A DNA stretch of 64,000 bases, taken from assembly GCF_009914755.1 (NCBI RefSeq), contig NC_060927.1. The stretch is one strand, 5' to 3'. Position 1 is the stretch's first letter, and each line of letters starts with the position of its first letter. Shown here piece after piece: positions 28,173-41,384 of the stretch. Below the pieces are notes generated by a model that was not told where the DNA came from, searched no databases, and saw nothing but the letters and a program-made list of their open reading frames with translations. Position numbers and translations under genes: made by a program. The DNA comes from the human T2T-CHM13v2.0 reference genome, Homo sapiens.

Positions 28173-28905
28173 CTGAAACAGGCAGAGTCCAGTCAGGAAA
28201 ACAAAAACCATACCAGTTATTTTAACAGAGGAAATTTAGCACTGGGAATGGGTTAAACAGGTCATGGACGACCTGGGAGTAACTGCAGGAAGCAGCTGCC
28301 GCCTCCAGGTCTGCACCAGTGGATCTCAAAGTGTGGTCCCAGACCAGCTGCATTAGCATCACCTGGGATCTCATTAGATATGCAAATTCTGACTAGAAAC
28401 TCTGAAGGTGGGACCCACATCTGTGTTTTTACAAGCCTCCAGATGGGTTCAATTTGAGAACCACTGTTCAAGGTTATACTTCGGGTTAACCACTTCCTTG
28501 GGGTTATCAGAACCTATGAGCTTGGAGAAGGGGCCCTGCGGAGCTAGGACCTGAACCTCTGAGGAGGAGGCTGGTGCTGCTGATCTCTCTGAGGGAGTGC
28601 AATGAGGCTGGCTCTGGGAGAATGGGGGGAAAATTGAAAACTACAATTAACTGCTGTTGGGGCCAGCTGCCGTGAGAAACTGTTGCTGGGATAAGCTGCT
28701 AGGAATAGGAAGCAGGGAGGAAGGAGCGAGTTCCTTTGCCCTCCTCCAGCCTTGCAGGCTCCCTCTGATGCTCCATATTAGCAGAGCCGCACAGCGAGCC
28801 TCTGGCAAAACAAGTGAGGTTTGCAGGGTCCCAGCTCCAGTGTCACAGTGCAGGGTAGAGAAGGGTGGGTTGGAGCTGAGGACAACAGCTTCATAAACCA
28901 GCACA
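28173..28905. mobile_element. Old ERVL-class LTR remnant (LTR33-like) with a MER5A insertion at 28317-28466
   Basis: gtccagtcaggaaaacaaaaacc...gaaatttagc start motif; internal cagtggatctcaaagtgtggtcc...gagaaccactg is MER5A-like. Confidence 0.5.
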
Positions 28906-30633
28906 GCAAGCATCCAGTTACATTGAGTTGCTGAATCCCTGTTGGGTCATTCAATCAAACAATAATAATTAAGGTCCTACAGAGTGCCAGACACCCTGCT
29001 TATCCTGGGGCACGGAGCAGTGAGCAGGACAGGCAAAGTCCTTGCCCTCATGGAGCTGGCATTCTAGTGGGAGGGGGGCAGGCAGACGGGACAAAAACAA
29101 CCAGCTGCTCTCTTGCTGGCTTTTCTAGATGAGCTCCGGGCCCCTTGTGTGGCATGCACTGTGCTTAGCACTGGGACACAGACAGACACAGACTTCTCAC
29201 TCCGACTGTGGGCTCCTCCAGGAGCAGGTTTACAACGTATTTCATAAAGCACTTTAAAATAGGAGTTCTTCCTGTCCCTAATAGTATTATTCATCACTTC
29301 ATTCTTGGCCTGGGAACAGCCTGTGGCCCCTTGGAGCCTCCTGGCTAGCATAGGTGAAGGTGGTGAATGCTTTGCCCAAGGGGACCCTGCCCCTCACCCA
29401 TGGACGGTGCTTGTACCTACTCACTGGCCAGGCTGAAGCCTAAACTTGCTTGTCAATCTCTGGAGGCTGGGAATCAAGCTGGCAGTTCTGGGCTTTCACC
29501 AGAGTGTGAAACGAAAACCAGGAAGGGGCGCTCTCTGAGTGATTGCATTTTGCACTCAGACCCAGTGCTCCTGTGTTTCCATGGTTAGCCTGAAACTCGG
29601 GAAGGAGAATTTGTTAGAATTTCACAGCTGAAATCTTGTTCTGACAGAGAGCAGGAATTAATCAAAACTTGCTGGGAGAGACCAGAGCTAGAGTTGATGA
29701 GAGACAGCTGGCTCCCTCCTGGCCCAGGCCCGTGCAGGGGGGCTCCTCGGGAAGCAGCCGGGGGCAGGGCAGGGAGGTGGCTGAAAGTATTACTCGGGGC
29801 TGATCAGCTTTTCCATCACCATGACATCATTCGACATGGCAGGGACACAAGCTGCCAGAAGGAAAAACCTAAAGATGTGAAATGTGCTGTTGGAGCAGGC
29901 CCTAATCAGAACTAGCAGCCTCCCAGGGACAGACAGGGGCTGGCCAGGCTGGCTTACCTCATGGCCGGCTGTGGGCAACTTGGACAGCCTGATCCACCCA
30001 CCTTCCCAGGGCCCTGACCGCGGAGCCCGGGCAGCTGATCGGCTGCTTCCCAGACATGTCCTCTGCTTCCCTTTCCACCAGACCCTTTACCAGTGGGTGC
30101 TGGTAAAACTGCCAGTTCCGCTCAGGGCTTTGGAATGAGTGGTCAGCATTTCTTCTTGCCTCCTCAGGCAGGGTCTCTCGTTGTGACTCTTGCTTTCTTC
30201 TAGAGGAGACAGTCTGATGTAGAAGTAATTTCCTTTGGGGTAATTTAAAATGTCAAAATTTAAATCAAGGAAAAGTACTAATTAGGCAGTTCTAGAGATG
30301 AAATGCTTCCAGAATGATTGCACTTGGTGAATTGGATAATGCGGTATGTCTGTGATTGTATGTTTTAACATTTTAGAGAAATCTGAAAGTTTAATGTGCT
30401 GGCATGCACACACCCCGCTGGAGAGGAGCAGCAGTTGCCTTGTCCTCAGCTCAGTTTCTGTGAACTGTGGGTTGTTTCTCTCTTCCTTGAGTTGCAAGAG
30501 ATCAGTACTTCCGGATCAGTACTTCTGCAGTGAGATGAAACTTTGGAGGAGTAAAGTTGGTGTTTGTAAATTATCTAGCACAGTGCTTGGCACACGTTGC
30601 AGGTTGAATTTATTTGCTTTTCCTTACTTACCC

Positions 30634-31500
30634 TGTGTTAATATGGGTTCTCCCCAAAACAGAGCCTGGGTCAAGGATCTGAGTGCATGTGGTTGATACA
30701 CAAATGATCCCAAGAGGTACCAGTAAGGAAATGGGACAGTGAGACAGGAAAGGAAGGCAGTTGCAGGCCTCAGGCTTCTCCAGAGAAACAGAATGGAGAG
30801 AGAAAGAAATGGATTAGTTGGTTGATTTTCAGGAATTGGGTTGTGAGATTATGAGGTCTGGGAAGTCTGAATTCTTGGGGGCAGGCCAGTAGGCTGGAGA
30901 CTCAGGGAAGAGTTGATGTTGCAGCTCAAGTCTGAAAGCAGTCTAAAAGCAGTTTATTTTTTTGGGAACCTTAGTCTTTTTCTCTTAAAACCTTCAACAG
31001 ATGAGGCTTGCCCACATTTTGGAGGGTAATCTGCTTTATTCAAAGTCTACTGATTTAAATGTTAATCTAATATAAAAAAATACCTTCTCAGTGACATCTA
31101 GATTGGTGCTTGACCAGATTCTGGGTACTGTGGCCCAGCCAAGTTGACACATAAAATTAGCCATCAGAGCAGCCAAATAGAGGGTGTCTTATTGAGCAGG
31201 TTACCACTGTGGGCAGCTGGAGCTCAGTCCTGCTGGGGAACCCTGGCAGTCAGTGTAGACCGTGCCCCAGAATTACCCCACATCAAGGGGCAAGGGAGCT
31301 GGGGCCCTGCATTATGGAGGGCTGCTCTGGGGACTTGAGTTCCCTGGCACTCCTGGCTTGCCAGGCACATGGACAGAGCCACTAGAGAAAGCCCTCAGGA
31401 GAAGTGATGCAGGTACTGGCAGTTGCAATTTGGGCCGGACAGCAGAGAAATGGTAAAAGCCAAGAGGATATGGGTGGGGGAGCAATACCATCCGTTCCAT
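30634..31500. mobile_element. LTR16-like ERVL LTR split by an MLT2-type LTR (30762-31168)
   Basis: MLT2-type motifs ttctccagagaaacagaa ... ggagggtaatctgcttta ... aagttgacacataaaattagccatca; gcagt/gcagc near-TSD; host LTR resumes after 31168. Confidence 0.65.
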
Positions 31501-33827
31501 CTTCCTGTGTTCCTTTCCACCCAGGTTTTCTCTGAGCTCAGCTAGTTCATCTCTGGTAAGATAGTCCAGTCTCGCTGTTCTCTCCATTGTCTCCCTTCCT
31601 GAGGGAAGGCAGCCATTCACCTGGGAAGGAGGCTGGTCAGGGGACCCCGAGGAGAGTCTGCTCAGCAGCTGCCTCCACCACATTGGTTCACCCAACTGTG
31701 GCCTCTGGCTTGTCTTCCAGCAATGTGTATCTGTAGCCATGACTTTGCTTAAGCAAACTTGGAAATTCACTTCATTTAAATGTAATCTTTCTTACTTCAG
31801 GGCAGTTGTTCAGGGAAGTTGTGATCAGTAGAAAGTAAATTGGCTAGAGTTCAGTTGTAGATCTCTGCACTTGTTTGGACCTGCTATCCATGCATTCAAA
31901 AAAATGGGAGGTTTTGGTCAAGTAATGTACAACATGCAGCAAGAACAAGTGTGGTGGGAATAGCCTGGCACCAGAGATTAAGGGAGTCCTAGATTCAGCT
32001 GTTTGATGGGTGGCCCTCTGGCCTGGAGCAAGTCTTGTTCCCTTTTGGGGCCTCAGTTCCCTCATCTTAAAAAATGAAGGTTTTTGAGCTTAGTGGTCTC
32101 CAGGATTGCCTCAAAGCTTTGCCAGTCTGAATCTACCCTTTTCTTGCTATTGTCCCCATTGGAATTGGTGTGTGACACTTGCACAGGTGCCAGTGTTTTC
32201 TGTGTGGGAGCACTTTCCTGTATGCATTATTTTCTTCTTAATAATGGCACCTCCTGAGAGTATCCAGGTCTCAGATCCCTTCTGGTGACACAGCCTTGCC
32301 TTGTAAGTCAACTGTTTGCTGGCGTTAAACAAGTTGGGGCAGATGGCTCTGCTGACTAGGAATTTGCCAGCTCGGCATGGCAAGATCCCTGAGATGGCAG
32401 AGGCCCAGGGAGGCCATTAGAAGCATCAAAAATACGCCCTGTGGCAGGTGCAGAATGCCCATTCAGGTCACCTTCCTCTCTGCCTGTTCATACCTCCCCT
32501 GGTGGCTGATCCCATTGATGTCATTAAAAGCCGGAGCCTTCCCTAATGCCTGACTTCACTTACTTAAATGCCAGTGGGCTCGGGGCTACTTGTTACTGAT
32601 GCAAAGCCCCCAGATTCTAAGAGGCAGGTGTGTGGAGACAGGGCAGGGCTGGGTCATCTGCCTTCTGTTGCTTAGCCATCTTGCCTTGTCATTCCAGGGA
32701 CAGAGATTCCTGTTCTCTCACTTTAAAAATAACATATTTCCTTGAATCCCCAAAACAGTTAAAAAATAAAAAGGGTTATGGAGGGGATGACCTCTGGCAC
32801 AGAAAAGCAGTAAAATAGGTGTATTGACACTGAAGTCATATTTCTATAATGAAATACATACCTATCTATTTACTTATTGACTCTGAAATAACAGAGGTAG
32901 ATCCTTCCAGGTTTATCTAGCCTGCATTTGATACTGTGATCATCTTTTTTTTCCTTCTTTCTTTCTTCTTTTTTTTAAATTCAAGACTGTGTTACAAAAG
33001 TTCTGCCATCTGGCATACACATTCAGGTATGGGGGTGAGTTATTCTTTGCAGGAGAGGACCTCAGTACAGGCCCTACCGTGGTCATAGTTTTGTTGAAAG
33101 GATAGGCACTACAAAATGTTTGATCACCACACTCGGCTACCTGGGAATAAAGGCAACTCCAGCCTTCATCTGGGTTCCTGTGCATGTAAACTACCTGAAG
33201 GCAGGAGTTTATGCCTGCGTTGTTCATTGATACATCCCCTCTACCTTTAGCGGTGCCTGGCCTATAGTTAGTGCTCAGTAAACGATGGCGGGCACATGGT
33301 CTGGTCCATGTACTGATTATAGAGCACGACTCAACTTTGTTGAGATGAGTTAAAATTATCAGACGAGATGGTTCCCTTGTGTTGGGCATAAACCATGTGC
33401 TTTATAGAAGTCAGTATTACACAAAGCCTTGATAATTTCAGCAGCTTCTGGTAATGTTCTGTAGGTTTGTCATGATGTTTTGCTTGTCAGGACACTAACC
33501 TGTGTTGGGTACACCTTGTTAATGGGCATATTGCTGGCTCAGTTGATACCTCATGATGGCATGAGGTTTAAATCAGGGAGAGCCGTGAAGTATGACACAA
33601 GGAGAGTCATTAGAAAGGCAGAGGACATCATGCTTCTCTCTCGATTCTTTGAGCACCCTGGCTGTGTGCTGCTTTCTGAGCAAGTCTCTGCTTGGGGCTG
33701 CAGTCTCCTGCCATGGAAGGGTAGGTATCATATGAGATGTGCATGTGATCCTGTGACAAGGACAAGAGGTGGCCTCATCACAGTGTGTCGGTCCTTTCTG
33801 ACATTTTGACCTCTCATTTATTGGCAG

Positions 33828-33988
33828 GCCTGAATTATGTTCTGATGGCTGACGTGGCCAAAAAGGAGAAGGGCCAGATGCCCAGGGTCTACTTTGTGCT
33901 GCTGGGAGAGACCATGGGTCAGGTCACAGAGAAGCTGCAGCTGACTTACATGGAGGAGACGTGTCGTCACTATGTGGCCCATGTGAAG
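33828..33988 (+). CDS. ITGA9: ITGA9 coding exon (probably exon 15), 161 nt, phase 1-0, thigh domain
   Basis: ttggcag acceptor and AAG/gtcagt donor. Encodes (G)LNYVLMADVAKKEKGQMPRVYFVLLGETMGQVTEKLQLTYMEETCRHYVAHVK. Confidence 0.96.
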
Positions 33989-34719
33989 GTCAGTCCTCTC
34001 CTCCTTTTTATCCTCAAACTTTGATCTCTGCAGATGTTCACTTGGAGCTGGTGGAAACTATTTTTATTATGTATTATGTGTGCTCTTCCAAAATTTTATT
34101 TCACAGGGAGGAGCATATCCATTTCTTCTTTTCTTTTAAAGTTGGCCTCTGACAGCCCTTTTATTTATCTTACTGTGTTGATTTCAGCCTTTAAGGGGGG
34201 TCGTGGTGGTCTAGGAGACCAGTGATGGTCCCTGGCTTTGACTTGTTCTTTTGAGAGGTTTCTCATCCTCTCCCCTCTATGAGGCTTGGTAGCCTTTTCA
34301 GAGGAGAGCCTTGGAAGCATGTGCCTCTGGGTCTGCAGTGATGCTGGATCACACTGCACCTGATGCCTTTCTCAGTGGTCTACTACAAATTAGCTCATGG
34401 TCACAGTTAAGGCATTTTAAAACTGGTTGGACTAGATTCTTCCCCCTTGACTACTTTCTATTTATTTTAGGATGCATTTTTTGGCAACCTTTCCCCTCGC
34501 ACTCTAAATAAACTTGCAAATGTTTTTCTCCTCTTGAAATTGTTTGTTAAATACACTTTGCTGCTAATTCAGGAGGCCAGGCTTTGATTAGCTACAGAGT
34601 GGCCCTTGCAGCAGGCGCTGGCAGGGTGGAAGACCTGGCAGTGCCTGATGCTGCAGGAATGGCCAGACACTGACCCATGGGCAGGGTCAGAGAGCGGAGG
34701 AGGTGGAAGAATGCACTTA

Positions 34720-34960
34720 ATCCAGGCCACATGGTGGGTGGAATGAGCATGGGTTTTGGAGACACATAGATCCAGTGTGTATCCAGCTGGACACATAATT
34801 GTGACCTCTCCCTGTCTCAGTCTCTGCATCTCTAAAATGGACACAGTAGTCCTTACCTTGAAAGGTGGTCATCAGGATTAAACATTACACAATGAATTTA
34901 CTTAAAGGACCTTGAATGGTGTCTGATAAATAGAAAGCAACCAAATTATTATTATTTGGT
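34720..34960 (+). mobile_element. MIR SINE
   Basis: acctctccctgtctcagtctctgcatctctaaaatgg core. Confidence 0.65.
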
Positions 34961-35734
34961 TGGGCTGTATATAATTGCCAATATTCTTTTTGACTTACAA
35001 AAATGGAAATTTCATATAGCTCAACCCAATATTGTTTATTAGCCACTGGATTTCTGACTGATAGTTTGAAAAGTCTGCAGATTAGAGATGAAGTGTCCTC
35101 CTGTTAGTGCCAGAGCAGAAGAATAACAGCTGCTTCTAGATGCTTCAGGGCTGTGTATAGAGAGATGCCCCACACACCCATGGCCCAGAGCCCATGAGTC
35201 CATGCCCCTCAGATGCTTCTCAGTGGGGCTGGGCTGTGTCTTCTGCCAGGACTCCTGCAGGGGCCTGCCCAGACCAGCTGCCTGAGGGCTTGGGATGCTG
35301 GCCATTTATAAAGCTGCTCCTGTGCCTGTTAAGCCATACAGCCCCGCCCCGTCAGTCTTAGATTACATTGGCTTGTTGGTGCCTTTGGTGGGGTGTGAGG
35401 CTGCGCAGTACAGGCTCGTATGCAAACACTGTCAGGCCTTTGAATGCCTGTGATTGGTGTTTTTATACCTGCTGGGGACAGGGCATCTTCTCTCGGGCCT
35501 CTTCTTGCTAGGTCTGTTCACAAAACCTTTCCTTTAGGTTTCTTTGCAGCTTCTTGCTTTGGCTGAGAAGTTATCCTTTGTTCCTAGTTACCAAGGGTAC
35601 TGGCTATGAGATGCCACGTAGAGTGGCAATAGTGAAGTGCAGGCCAGAGGCAGGGCTGTTTCTATGGTGGCCCTGAGGGTTACTGGGAAGGATCAGGGTT
35701 GCGCAAGGGGTTGGTCCTGCTACTTTCTGATATC

Positions 35735-35910
35735 TAGGGTTGCCAGACTTAGCAAATAAAACTATAGAACTCCTAATTAAATCTGAATTTCAGATCACCA
35801 ATGAATAATTTTTTAGTATGAGTGTGTCCCAAATATTGCATGGGATATACTTATACTAAAAACATTTTGCTGTTTATCTGAAATTTAAATTTAACTTGGC
35901 ATCCTGTTGG
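35735..35910. mobile_element. MER53-like palindromic hAT MITE
   Basis: tagggttgccaga start and a self-complementary core (ttttagtatgagtgtgtccca / tgggatatacttatactaaaa). Confidence 0.8.
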
Positions 35911-38900
35911 CAGATTCAACTCTGCTGATCTTCCTCTACCCAACAAGTGGCATTTCTTCACTCAAGCAAAACCTGGCTGCCAAGAAGAGAGATTGAGATG
36001 ATGGTTAGAAGAGTTTGGAGGCTGAGCTCAGGGCTCTCGAGTGCAGATCCAGCACAGACCTTGACGTGATTATTTTGGTCATTCTAGGGAGAGCAAAAGA
36101 GCAGGCCTGCTTCAGTGAATTGGGACCTAGAGTCATTTGGATACAGTGGTTGCTTGGCCATTTTCTCATGCAAGGAGGTGGGAGCGGAGAAATACACCAG
36201 ATAGACACATGTCTCTGAGACCTTTATGGTTCAAGAGGCAACATTGTTGCCAAGGTACACTCAAGGTGGCTGATACTTTATAGCCATACTTTATAACCAT
36301 GAGAATGTTTATTTCTGGCAGTTACTGTCTGGGCTGTAGCAGAGGACTGGGCAAATGGCAGAGTGCACCCGTAGGATGAGTGCTAATGGCCTAGCTAGCT
36401 GTCCACAGAGGAGGCAGCAGGCACCGCCCCGGCTTACTGGCTGTGGGAACACAGCTATGGAAGCTGAGGCAGGAAGCAAGGATGAGGGGAAGGGGAGTGG
36501 CAGCCGGGCCACCTCCTGGAGCAGGAACTGGGGCCTGGGGGGTGTTGGTCAGGGGTCAAGAGCAGGATGCAGTCTCTACTGCAAGTGGAGCTTTCTCAGT
36601 GGAGCTGGCTCTCGGCTTTATGGACAAATCAAAGAAGATAAATAAAAGCATTCTGGCTTATCACACACCATATGGCTAGCAGACAGTGGGGCCAGCATGA
36701 GGGGCTGGGCCTGCTTTGTTTAGGCTATCTTTAGGTATTTTTTTCTTTTTTTCTTTAAGCCTATTCCAATCTTTTTTTTTCTCCCTCTCCTTTTCCCTGG
36801 AAGTTTTCTTGCCATATATGGTGATAAGTGACTTTATCATGGAAGACCGCACAGGCTAACACCTGTTTTCCAGGCTAACTGTCTTGTACCAGACTTTGTT
36901 CCATTCACCGTATTGGAGGGCACCTCCGGAGGGTATAGGATTTTGTGATAAGGCACATCCTCCTGAGGGGAGGGCAGGTACTTTCTCACGGCCTCACTGT
37001 GGTCAGCAGAGCTGAGGCAGCTCCAGCCACTTCCTTGGCTTCTCTGCCTCAGAGTTCACACACCCCGGCTTATCTTCCCTCTTCCCCGAGACCAGCCCAG
37101 TTTTGGGGATGGGGCCCCTCCCACTAGCCAGTCAGGCTGGAGGCCTCTGGTGGATCTCACAGTCACAGGCGAAAGCCCAACACCTCCCCTCAGCATCGGG
37201 CTCTCCATGCCCTGCCTGACCTTACCTTTCTAGACCCATCTTCTGCCACCACATCCCCTGGGCCCCAGCTCTTGTCATGACCTGCCCCTTTCCTCCTGGA
37301 ACCTGCTCCTTACACTTCTTTGCCTTGGTTCTTATGCTCACAGAAGTCAGAGGCCTGGTTTGTGTCATATTCATGTAGAACCATCTACCACCTGCATGAT
37401 TTTTACATTTTTTTGGTCTTAAACTCATACTGCCTGTGATATTTTCTTTCATATTTTTCTCTTTAAATCAGCCAACTTTTGGTCTCAAATAAAATAATTT
37501 AAAACAGAAACTTTGTACCTTTCTATAAGCAGAAAACCATCTAACATGTCCCCAAAACAGAAAGTAACTGTAAAAATAAATATATTGAAGACACAACAGT
37601 GTCCTAGAATTCTAGCTGGATTTCATTGTTTGTCAAAGTTGCTGATAAAGCGCCCACTCCATTCATGTGTTAGAAAGGGAAATGATCAAGTTCTAGGGAA
37701 GGCTTAAAGACATACTAGCACCGCGCTGGAACTTTCTTCCTGATGCAACCAGAAGGACTGCAGGGGAATTGACTGGGAACAACTTTTCAAATATGAGAGT
37801 TGTTTTACAGAGTCATGCCTATGTGCCATGGAAATCCACCTTGTGGGCCCAGTCTGGGAAGCCCTGGCCATGCTCTGCTTTGATCAGATGTGCCTTGCCC
37901 CATCCTGCCTGCTGAAGGCTTGCTGTTGTTCAAGGCTCAGTCCACAGGTTTTGGACATCCTCAGTGGCAGCTACTGTCCTAGGCCCTGGGGATGCCACTG
38001 TCATCTTCCTGACTTCTTGGAGCTTGTTCCATGCTGCCTGACTCCTGCTTTGGGGATACTTGTCAGGCAGAACCTTGTTGGAGTGACTAATTGGGTTAGC
38101 TGGAGTGTGGGGTCACAAAGGCTTCTGATATGGAGTGGGGCCTGCTTGCCTCTGTCTGGACTGACTGCTGGGAAGTGATGGCTTGAGATGATGGAGAAGA
38201 GAATTTGGGATGCATGGTGTGTGCCAAAGAATAAATGCAGGTGTCCTGTTGTTACTCCATCTGTTTCTGGTTTATGTGTTCTTACCTGGATGACAGCTGT
38301 GCTCATCCTCTAATCCTGTACAATACCTTGAGAGCACAGGCCTTTTGTGAGATCAAATGCCTATGCATGACAGGCAAATAAGCAGGCTCTTCAGGACCAG
38401 GGAAACGATGGCAACAGTTCTGAGTCTGATGCAGGGATGGCAGAGAAGCCCAGGCAGAGTGCAGGGGCAGTGATGTCATTCCCTATTGTGAGGATCAGTG
38501 ACACCCTCTAGAGGCATTTAGGGAACTTTTTTTGAACAGAACCATGTGTCAGACACTGTCAAGAAGGCCAATAACGGTATTATTGTTAAAAACAAAACAA
38601 AACAATCTACACTAGACGAGGGAATATGCACATCAGCTTTTCTGAGAAGCTGCAGATGTTCATAAGATTGTTCTTCTATGTTCCTGAAGGATTTTTCAAG
38701 GAACTTTGAAACCTAAGTGGCTGCAGCTCCTTCCTTGCTTTTGTGGGCAGATGCTCATCCTGGCCTGGCGAAGGGTGGGACATCACCCTGGCCACCAGGT
38801 CTCCTGAGAGATCATACCCTGGGATCTGCCCAGGTGTTTTGGCCTGTTTCCATTTTCATATCCAACAAAATGCGTTGGGACCATGGCTTCAATCACATTA

Positions 38901-39439
38901 CATGCTGTGAGTTTAGAGTGTTGGATGCTGGTTTTCAGAGGTGATCAAACCTTTTTTTTTTTCTTGTTTAAGAAACAGATAGTTAAGAAAGGGAGATTAA
39001 GTTGGAGTTAATAAGAACTCTGAGAAAGAGGAGAAAGAAAAACAGCAAAAGTTTCTTCTTTATCTGGAAAATAACATGCTAAATCTCCGGGTCATCTTGA
39101 GAAATCAAAGAAATAGCTAAGAAAAAAACAGTTGCAGGGTTTGGCAAAAGGGGACACCAACCTTAGATATGAGGTCTTCTGAAAACTTTTAAAATTTGTT
39201 TATTTTTTGAATCAGTAGTGTGTATAGTTAAAATTTTTAAATGGTTATAAAAGTTGTCAAAGAAAGGATGTCTTTCAGCTATCCTATTTTTCTCCCAAAG
39301 GCAACCACAGTTCCATTTTCTTAACGTGTCTTTCAAAAGCTTGTCAATAAATATAGAAATCTGTGTGTGTACCTCCTTTTATTTTATGCAAATAGTAGTA
39401 TACTGTGTGCACACTGTAGTAAACTTACTTTTTCTTTTA

Positions 39440-39890
39440 AAACATCCAACAGCAGAATGGAGGAACAGATTTTGGCAAATCGCACAAAATCTAGCTGTAC
39501 CAGATGAAATACAACTCAGCAATAACAATATTATGTTATTATGATACACACAATAACATGAATGACTTTTGAAAGCATTAAACTGAGTAAATGAAGCCAG
39601 ACACAAAAGGCTACCTACTGGATGATTCATTTATATGACGTTCTGGAAAAGGCCAACTAAGGAGAAAGCAGATTGGTGGTTTTCAGCGGCCAGGGTTTGG
39701 GGGAAGGGCTGATGATGATTGACTTCAAAGAGGGATGAGACAACTTTCTGGGGCGATGAACATATTCTAAGATCGTGGTTGTAGTGGTTGTATGGTTGCA
39801 TTTATTAAAACTTAACAGAGTGCACACCTAAAATTAGTGAATGTTATGTATGTAAATTATATCTCAGTCAAACTTATTTTGTTAAAAAAA
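39440..39890 (+). mobile_element. Old L1M 3' end, sense, nested in an antisense L1M remnant (about 39190-39980)
   Basis: gaagccagacacaaaaggctac...tatgtaaattatatctca...aaaaaa; the flanks read as an antisense L1ME-like 3' end. Confidence 0.65.
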
Positions 39891-41384
39891 GTTTCGTGGA
39901 GATTATTCCATATTGGTGCATATAGAGCTTTCCTGTTCTTTTTCAGTAGTTCTTTTTCACTATTCCTTGATTTATTTAACCTGTCCAGGTGGTCTTCTAT
40001 ATGTCAGTTCCAGACTAACCTGATCTGATGCTTGTAGACTAGTTATCTTAGTTTGCTTCTCCAGAAGAGGCTCCTCTTCTCTCCCCTAGATCCATAGTAT
40101 CCTGGCTGAGGACCCCTGAGAGGGCAGCATGGAGGGGCCCTGGTGCTCTCTAAGGTGACCTTGGACATATGTCCTACAGAGGACAAGCCTCTCAGCTATA
40201 GGGTGCCCAAGGAAAATGGGAGATTTTTCTTGATTCCTGCAGTTGGCTTTGTGCCCTTGGCAGGCTCTCCTGGTCTGTAGGTAGCATAGATGGCCTGAAT
40301 GTTTGGTAAGGGGTGCTGGAAACTAGGGCAAGAAAAGAGGGGAAGGCTGGGATGCATAGAACTGATGTGTGGGAAACTACCTTCATCATCCAGCTCAGGT
40401 GTGAAGCCGCTGCTCATGCGATATGCTCTGCTCACACAGATGGCACTAAGGAACCGGGAAGCTGGGCTTTGGAGACCACGCTGGAAGTCAGCTCACTGAG
40501 TGTGGGTTGCCTTGACCATCTCCTCTGGGAGGCCATGTTGTGCATAGCTGGAGAACAAACTGGGGATGAATCAAGAAGGGAAAGGGTGTGGTGAATGTTC
40601 AGCATGGGAGCTGATATCTCCGATGAGCACTGTTTGGCCATTGATTTATTTCTTGGGTGCAATGAAGGGCTCTTAATCTTCTGCATTTGGACACTTGCCA
40701 CAGAGGACATTGTGATTAGCAAAGGAAGGCACAAAAATTCTAATCCAAAGGCTTTGCCCGCCTTAAGTCCTTTTTTGAAATGGAGCTGATTTAAATATGT
40801 AAGTATGGTCACAGCATTGACACTTCAGTGGTTATCGTAAGCTTATTTGTACAGTATGTGAGATGCAGTTTGTAGCAATTGCTATGGGTAAAATTTTTAT
40901 TTTAAGAGGTGACTTTCTATTTACAGTTATTCATTTACACTGGGTTCATCTATTAATATATACTGTTGATGCCCTTTTAACACTGGTATTCTTTGAAGTC
41001 ACACATGATAATGTGTTCTGTTTTATTGGTTTTGTCTTTATATTTGAGATGTGATTATAAAGATCCCTTCTGCCTCAAACCTTGAACTTAGATATTCATT
41101 ATAAGCATGATTCCCTTCAAAGTAATCACCTTCTAGTCATTCCTGTTTTGAAATTTCTTCCATGGTTTGTTTATTCACTTTTATCATGGTCCATTTTTAC
41201 TCTAGGAGTTAATTCAAATTTTGGAAGCAGCAAGATTTCTCTGCAATCCTCTCTAGTAGATAATAGTGTGTTTGGGGAAAAGTGAGGTATAATAATACAG
41301 GAATTAGTATTAAGGAATGTAGTAATTAAACTCCTTTTGAAAATGATTTTAAAAGAATTCCCATGATATTCAGGTAATAGCGAT

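Noticed and set aside
37380-37870. Possible old hAT-Charlie remnant
   Set aside because: It resembles a decayed DNA transposon, but I could not define the termini or family with confidence.
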